Shown: positions 58,362 to 64,000 of the stretch, one piece after another
How positions within the stretch are numbered: the stretch's first letter is position 1
Layout of the letters: every line of letters starts with the position of its first letter
From: an archaeon
GTDB taxonomy: Archaea; SpSt-1190; DYHY01
Direction: 5' to 3'
DNA length: 64,000 bases
NCBI GenBank assembly: GCA_037442745.1
Contig: JBBIPP010000009.1
Span: forward strand, 1 to 64,000
The notes under the pieces: generated by a model
Databases searched by the model: none
What the model was told of the DNA's origin: nothing
The model's input: the letters and a program-made list of their open reading frames with translations, nothing else
Made by a program: the position numbers and the translations under genes

Positions 58362-59021
58362 TCATGCAATCAGTGCAAGAAGCAAGGTATTTTTCTTGCC
58401 TGTAATATCCCCACAACCTTCCACCGCAACCCTCCCAAAATCAGTCAGCCCGTCGGAAGAGTCTATGAACCCGTCGTCCCTCAGCTTCTTGATCAAAGAA
58501 TAAACCCTCGATTTCTTCAGGGAAGAATCCTTTCCGGCTATTTTGTAGCCCCTCTTCTCCCCTTTGCCAATTGATTTCAAGACAGCGAGCTTTTCCTCGT
58601 TCAGCTTCAGGTCGAATATGGGGAGTTTCGAGTTCTTTGGCTTTTTCAGGTCCCCGTGGGAAATGAACGCGCCCTTGACCTTGTCCTTCATAATGGACGC
58701 AACCAAAATGCAGGAGACAATCCCCGCCCTCGGCCCTTCGCTCCAATGGAGATAGAACTCGCTCTCCGAGGGATTCTCTTTGATTATTGAGACGATCTCT
58801 TTCCCTATCTCAAATACTCCGGGCGTTTCATAGGGCCGAATGGAGTAGTTGAACTGGGAAAGGCGGGCAGGTATTTCTTTCAGAGTTTTTTTCAGTTCAG
58901 AAACGTATTTCGGGTGGCTCTTGTCATTGCAATACAGGACAATTGTCTTGTCAGCGTCCCTCCGGTAAATCTCCGAATAGCATATATTCCCCCTGTGGAT
59001 TGAGCATATTAGAGTCGCCAT
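58362..59021 (-). CDS. CARF-domain plus winged-HTH regulator (Csa3-like)
   Basis: MATLICSI first strand, DK.IVL, FYLHWSEGPR (CARF SGG.R-like), LP linker, then KSRVYSLIKKLRDDGFI...LTDFGR HTH. Confidence 0.7.
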   Translation of the reverse strand: MATLICSIHRGNICYSEIYRRDADKTIVLYCNDKSHPKYVSELKKTLKEIPARLSQFNYSIRPYETPGVFEIGKEIVSIIKENPSESEFYLHWSEGPRAGIVSCILVASIMKDKVKGAFISHGDLKKPKNSKLPIFDLKLNEEKLAVLKSIGKGEKRGYKIAGKDSSLKKSRVYSLIKKLRDDGFIDSSDGLTDFGRVAVEGCGDITGKKNTLLLALIA

Positions 59022-59129
59022 CTTTTCAGACAATCCTTTGACAGGCAGAAAACCTCCTCTCTTTTTTAGCGTTTTTCCGTTAAAAGGCGGAAAAAGGATT
59101 TTAATTGGGCAACTGGGAGATTTCTCCAA

Positions 59130-61763
59130 ATGCTAATTGAAGGGGTTTTCAGGGAAATCAAGGCGAAAAACCCCTCCCTAATCCTCACCCCCCTCCCCCA
59201 GCTGAAGGAGGAAATAAACGCCAGATGGGACAGGCCGGTCCTTGGAATGCCCTGCTATACAGTGAGGGAGATTGCCCGCGCCGGAAAGAGGGTGCTATCT
59301 GAAAGGGACGCTGTCCTTCTCCTTGGAAAGGAACTTGGAAATCTAGGGGACGCCGAATATTCATATTCGATAATTGTCCCTGCCTGGCTCGGCCTTGGCT
59401 CCCTTGAAAAGGCTCTCCGGGCCCTGAAGGAGAATCCTAGACGCGAACTCCTCGAGAGGGCCGGAAAAATACTCCTCGGGCTCGATTTTGATTATTCCCT
59501 GCTTGAGAGAAAATGGGAGAATCCCGGATATGTCAGGACGGAGAAAATCCTCCTTATAGGGGAAGAGTTCATCGATGCCCTCGACAGGAATTTCCTTTCG
59601 GAAAATTTCGGAGGCTCTATTGAGCGGATTTCCTTGGAAAGCGTTCTCCCTGAAAAGGGCAAAATTCTGCCGGTAAAGTGTTTCGGGCGTTCCCAGGCAC
59701 TTTCCGCCGCAATTGAGCTAGTTCGGAAATTCGGCCCTGACAACTGCGCAATAATTCAGGATTCTGGGAAATATCCGGAGCTCGAAAGGCTCTTTTCAGC
59801 CAGAGGAATTCCGGTCAAGGCTCAGCCAATTCGCTTGATTCAGACAAAGGAATTTGGCAAATTCATTTCCTTGGGAAAGGCTATCTTGGGAAAAACTGTC
59901 GGAAGGGAAACTTTGGCTTTTCTCTCGGCTGAGGGCCTTTTAGGAAATGAAACCGGGGGGAATTTCTCAAGGGGCCTTTATCTTGAGGAAGGGGAACTCG
60001 GGGAAAAGGCGCGGGAATTCCTCTCGGATGCTAGAGAAAAGGGAAAAACTCTCGGGAGCCTTGCGGAATTCGCCGGGGAAAACCTTGAAGGGGATTTCTC
60101 AATTCTCCTAGACTTTTTGGGGAGGGCGGGGCTTTCTGAAGAGCCAGTCTCGAGGAAATCCCTCAATTCGACTCTCTCTGCCTTGATTTTCGTAAAGCCC
60201 TCCCTTCCAAGGGAAAAGGTAACTGGGGGGGTTGTCCTTTCGGAGCCGGAAAACGCGAGCGGGATAGGGAGACCAGTACAAATACTTCTTGGGATTGACT
60301 CTTCTTGGCTTGAGGAACGCCTTGGATTGGAAGAAGCCAAATTGGCAGGTGAAACTGGGCTTGGAAAGGGCAGGGAAAGGAAAAGGGAAGCGACTTTTTC
60401 CGCACTTTTCAGGCAAGGCAATCTTTGCTATCCAATACTTGTCGAAAGAGCGGGAAAAGACCATGTCTTTGCCTCCGCGCGCCTCTTTTCGGAAATCGGC
60501 CTTTCGGTTTCCGACAAGGAAAAACCTTACTATGTTCCGAAAAACTCGGACTTGCCAGAAGAGCTAGCAACAAGGCATGGAAAAACCCTCTCTTTTCCGG
60601 GGGAAAAATCAAAATTCTCCGGAAAGCTCCTGCTCGAAAATCCGGCGGGAAAGAAGCTTTCCTCAAGCACTCTTGACTTGTTCTGCCAGTGCAGGAGGAA
60701 ATACTATTATTCCAAGGTCCTCGGGCTTTCATATTCTGCGGAAGCGAGCGAATTCGGAAGCCTTGTCCATTCCCATATTGAGCGCCTTTTTTCTGAGAGG
60801 GCAAAGCATATTGACAGGGCGGAGAAAGCCCTTAAAGATGAAAAGGAGCACGAGAGGATTCTCCTTTCCCTTGTCCCAAAAGAAAGGAAGGGGGTTGTTC
60901 TCGCAAAAATCGGCCGTTTCCGGGAAATATCCGAACGGATAGTTAACAATTTCGGAGATGGCTGGGAATCCGAGAAATGGCTCGAGAGCGCTGACAAGAA
61001 ATTCCGCGGGAAAATAGACTATCTCAATGGGAATGTTGCAGTTGATTTCAAGACAGGACGGAATGTTGATGCTAAAGGAAAGCTCGGGAAACTGCCCTTT
61101 GCCCGCTTTGACCCGAAAGACTTGAAGAGGGGAAAAAGAAAGTTCGAGGCCCAGACAGCGAGCTATTGCTACTTGCTGTCAGAAAACGGGGAGAAAATGC
61201 CCAAAATCAGGTTCGTTTTCCTGAAGGAGTTCGATTGTCCTTCCCCGGACCCTGAACGACTGGAAACTTCCATTTCCCCGGAAATCTTCGAGTATTCGGA
61301 GGAGAATTTCCTCTCCCTCTTCTGCCAAAAGGGGGGAAGGGGCAAATTCTATTCTAATGAACTCGGGCGCGCCCGGGCAATTTTGACTGAAATCCCGGAC
61401 AAGGAGGAGATATTCAAAAGAACGCTTGAATCCGGCTCTTCTTTTTTCGGTGAGGGAAGGGATTTCAGAAAAGAGGTGAGGGAACTCTTCCTCAATGCGC
61501 TTCCCGGAGAAGACCCTTCCTTCCATTCCAAATGCTCCGAATCGGCAAGGGCTTTCCTTTCAGGGAAGCTTCTTTTCGGGGATTTGGAGTCTTTCCGGGA
61601 AATGGTCGAATATGTCCTCTCGGAAATAAAAGATGCCGGCTTTTTCCGAACCCCGTTTTCAAAGGCCTCGTGCTCCGAGTGCGCATTCGTTGACTTGTGC
61701 GGGAACCTCGGGTATTTCTCGGAAAATTCGGAGGAAGAGGGTGCAGGGGAGGGGCAGGAATAA
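59130..61763 (+). CDS. AddB-like protein with C-terminal PD-(D/E)xK nuclease and 4-Cys Fe-S motif
   Basis: LSSS.L..F.QCRRKYYY, FGSLVH, E...FRGKID...VDFKTG, Q...Y and CSECAFVDLC; degenerate helicase-like N-terminus. Confidence 0.85.
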   Translation: MLIEGVFREIKAKNPSLILTPLPQLKEEINARWDRPVLGMPCYTVREIARAGKRVLSERDAVLLLGKELGNLGDAEYSYSIIVPAWLGLGSLEKALRALKENPRRELLERAGKILLGLDFDYSLLERKWENPGYVRTEKILLIGEEFIDALDRNFLSENFGGSIERISLESVLPEKGKILPVKCFGRSQALSAAIELVRKFGPDNCAIIQDSGKYPELERLFSARGIPVKAQPIRLIQTKEFGKFISLGKAILGKTVGRETLAFLSAEGLLGNETGGNFSRGLYLEEGELGEKAREFLSDAREKGKTLGSLAEFAGENLEGDFSILLDFLGRAGLSEEPVSRKSLNSTLSALIFVKPSLPREKVTGGVVLSEPENASGIGRPVQILLGIDSSWLEERLGLEEAKLAGETGLGKGRERKREATFSALFRQGNLCYPILVERAGKDHVFASARLFSEIGLSVSDKEKPYYVPKNSDLPEELATRHGKTLSFPGEKSKFSGKLLLENPAGKKLSSSTLDLFCQCRRKYYYSKVLGLSYSAEASEFGSLVHSHIERLFSERAKHIDRAEKALKDEKEHERILLSLVPKERKGVVLAKIGRFREISERIVNNFGDGWESEKWLESADKKFRGKIDYLNGNVAVDFKTGRNVDAKGKLGKLPFARFDPKDLKRGKRKFEAQTASYCYLLSENGEKMPKIRFVFLKEFDCPSPDPERLETSISPEIFEYSEENFLSLFCQKGGRGKFYSNELGRARAILTEIPDKEEIFKRTLESGSSFFGEGRDFRKEVRELFLNALPGEDPSFHSKCSESARAFLSGKLLFGDLESFREMVEYVLSEIKDAGFFRTPFSKASCSECAFVDLCGNLGYFSENSEEEGAGEGQE

Positions 61764-64000
61764 TGGGAATACGCCTTGTAAACGCGAGCGCAGGAACAGG
61801 AAAAACTTATCGGGTTGTCCAAGAGTATTCCGAGAAATGCGCGCGGGACTGGAAAAACAGGGGGGACAACCTCCTTCTCACTTTCACTAACGCGGCCGCC
61901 GAGGAAATGCGCGAGAGAGCGCGTGCCCGCCTGCTTTCGGCGGGAATGTCTGAGATGGAAATGGGGAGCCTGAGAATCGGGACTTTTGACAGCCTGTGCC
62001 TTGAAATTGTCAGGGAATATGGGACCGATTCCCCTTCCCTTGCGGGCGCGGGGGGGAGGATTCCCGGGAGAGTTGTGTCAATTGTGGAGAGCGAGGCAAT
62101 TGAGAAGCGGGCTTTTTCCGAATTCTGGGAAACCCTTGATTTTTCGGGGATTCCCGCGGAATTCCTTCCAATTGCAACTGACAGCGGGCTTTTCAGGGAA
62201 ATAATGGGTCTTCTCGCCTCAAGAGCAGTTCTTCCACGGAAAAAGGAAATTGAGCGGGCAGTTCTCGGGGACCAGCAGGCGCTAACTGAGGAGGCTCTTC
62301 CCGCGACAGTTCCGGGGGAGGGAAAAAATGGCGAGCCTGTCCAAAACAAGGCCCTGAAGAAATATTCCTCCCGGGTTCTCGGGAAAAAACACTTGCTCGG
62401 GGAGGATGCGTGGGTTCCCGAAAAGCAGGACAAAAAAGCGGGAATTGAAGGGGAAAAGGCAATTCCCAAAAATGCTCTCCTGGAAGCTGTGGCTGAAGAC
62501 AGGGGCTTGCTCTCTAGTTTCCTAAAGGAAATTTATCCGAAATATGTGAGGTTCGTTGCTGAAAAGGGGCTTTTGACATTCCCGATTGCGCGCCTTCTTG
62601 CTTTCTCAACCCTCGCATTCTCGAAGAAGGCAAGGGAAGCGTGCGGGGCGGGAACTGTTATTGTCGACGAGTTTCAGGACACTGACAGCGTCCAGTTCAA
62701 GATATGCCTGCTTCTCGCCAAGGGCGAGCTAGTCCTTGTAGGGGATGAAAAGCAAGGAATATACGGATGGAGGAACGCGGAAATAGAGAATATTCTCGAC
62801 TTTGACGCCCGCCTCGAGAGGTTCAAGGGCGAGCTTTCCTCCCTCGACCCTTCCCTTGATTTTTCCTGGACTAGAGATGTTGACAAAACGGAGCGACTCT
62901 CAACGAACTGGCGGAGCGCACCCCAAATACTCTCGTTTGCCAGGCATTCCTTCTCGGCCGACCTTGGCAATAATGAGCCCATTCCTGAGGAGGGGGCGCT
63001 TCCAATACCGGAAATATTCCCGTCGAAGAAAACTGTTGGGCTTGTCGGCAAGATCGGATATTTCAGGGTGGAGAAAGGGGAGGGCTTGGCAATTTGGAAG
63101 ATTATTGGGAAATTCGGCCTTGAACCCGGGAAAACGGCAATACTTTCGAGGAACAAGGAAACCCTTGAGAGGATTTCTGAGGAGTTCAGGGAGCTAGGAC
63201 TGCCTTATTCAATTGCAACCAAGACTGATGCATACAGGAGCAGGGCGGGAATTCTTTCCCTCGCATGGCTCCGCCTGCTTTCCGACCCGAATGACCTGCG
63301 GGCGCTCTCCGTTATTTCGGAGGCTTGCGGGCGACCTGACTTTGAAATTGGGGTTGATCCGGAGTTCCTTTTGGAAATCAAGAAAGCGAAAAGGCTCTCG
63401 GAAATCCCGCTTCTTTCCGCCAGGTTCCACGGCCTTTCAGGGGAGGAGGTCTCGAAAGCTCTCGCGATTTCTGAAGCAATTGAAGGGATGTCTTCCTGCC
63501 TCGGGATGCCCATCCAGGAGATTTCGATGGCCCTTGAGGAGTTAGTCTATGAGAACGCCGACTGTGACTATGACTATAGCGTTGGCTCGGAAGCTGTAAC
63601 CCTTTCCACAATACACGGGGCAAAGGGCCTTGAATGGGAGAATGTTTTCGTTGCCGGGATGCGGGATGGCGTTTTCCCGAATTCGGAGGGAGGGGATTGG
63701 CAGAGCAGGAAGAACGACTATTTCTTCTCGGAAAACGGGGGCTTGCGCCTGATGAAGGTTTTCTCGGAATCTGGTCAGGAGCGGGCAAACTGGAAAGCCG
63801 GCCTTTTGATTGCGTGCGCTCGTGAAAATGAAGGAATTGAAGAGGAGGAACGGCTTCTTTATGTCGCTCTTACTCGGGCAAAGAGACGGCTTTTCCTTTC
63901 TTTTATGGGGGAGGAAAGAGAGGGAAGCAAATATTGGAACTTTCTCTCAAGGGTTGCGAAGGAGAGGGGATATTCGGAAAAGGCGGAAGAGCTGCCCGAA
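61763..64000 (+). CDS. UvrD/AddA-like SF1 helicase (3' end beyond the window)
   Basis: TAATG overlap with the previous gene. VNASAGTGKT, LTFTNAAAEEM, VDEFQDT, VGDEKQGIYGWRNA, STIHGAKGLEW and EEERLLYVALTRAK; spot-checked motifs are in one frame. Confidence 0.92.
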   Translation, partial: MGIRLVNASAGTGKTYRVVQEYSEKCARDWKNRGDNLLLTFTNAAAEEMRERARARLLSAGMSEMEMGSLRIGTFDSLCLEIVREYGTDSPSLAGAGGRIPGRVVSIVESEAIEKRAFSEFWETLDFSGIPAEFLPIATDSGLFREIMGLLASRAVLPRKKEIERAVLGDQQALTEEALPATVPGEGKNGEPVQNKALKKYSSRVLGKKHLLGEDAWVPEKQDKKAGIEGEKAIPKNALLEAVAEDRGLLSSFLKEIYPKYVRFVAEKGLLTFPIARLLAFSTLAFSKKAREACGAGTVIVDEFQDTDSVQFKICLLLAKGELVLVGDEKQGIYGWRNAEIENILDFDARLERFKGELSSLDPSLDFSWTRDVDKTERLSTNWRSAPQILSFARHSFSADLGNNEPIPEEGALPIPEIFPSKKTVGLVGKIGYFRVEKGEGLAIWKIIGKFGLEPGKTAILSRNKETLERISEEFRELGLPYSIATKTDAYRSRAGILSLAWLRLLSDPNDLRALSVISEACGRPDFEIGVDPEFLLEIKKAKRLSEIPLLSARFHGLSGEEVSKALAISEAIEGMSSCLGMPIQEISMALEELVYENADCDYDYSVGSEAVTLSTIHGAKGLEWENVFVAGMRDGVFPNSEGGDWQSRKNDYFFSENGGLRLMKVFSESGQERANWKAGLLIACARENEGIEEEERLLYVALTRAKRRLFLSFMGEEREGSKYWNFLSRVAKERGYSEKAEELPE

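Noticed and set aside
59130-61763. Cas4 / CRISPR adaptation gene
   Set aside because: The nuclease domain ends an 877-aa protein coupled to a UvrD helicase (AddAB layout), and there is no cas1/cas2.

Overview
Archaeal chromosomal segment, mostly near 50% GC by eye, with a marked AT-rich trough at about 41.7-47.4 kb. Archaeal origin is supported by RadA, HerA/NurA, Hef, archaeal-type MAT, a histone, an archaeosortase-like protein, a geranylgeranyl reductase and BRE/TATA promoters. The gene style suggests a DPANN-like or uncultured euryarchaeal lineage, which is inference. The window holds about 55 mostly housekeeping genes, three tRNAs (Gly-TCC, Ile-GAT, Gln-CTG), two ABC exporter clusters and a ~1260-aa Cys-rich surface protein. 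It also has a frameshifted GIY-YIG/Dam-type restriction-modification island between herA and nurA, several pseudogenes, and a CARF-wHTH regulator divergent from an AddB/AddA-like pair at the right edge. The most striking signal is a shared upstream motif (gene-sense core AYCGGnAA). It forms a full GGTATTCGGC-N18-GCCGAATACC inverted repeat at herA and radA, and sits 20-23 nt upstream of the putative TATA box of five DNA repair/recombination genes (herA, nurA, hef, radA, rpa), suggesting a DNA-damage regulon. Several single-base frameshifts fall in homopolymer runs and may be assembly errors. All annotations come from reading motifs by eye; no database searches were run.
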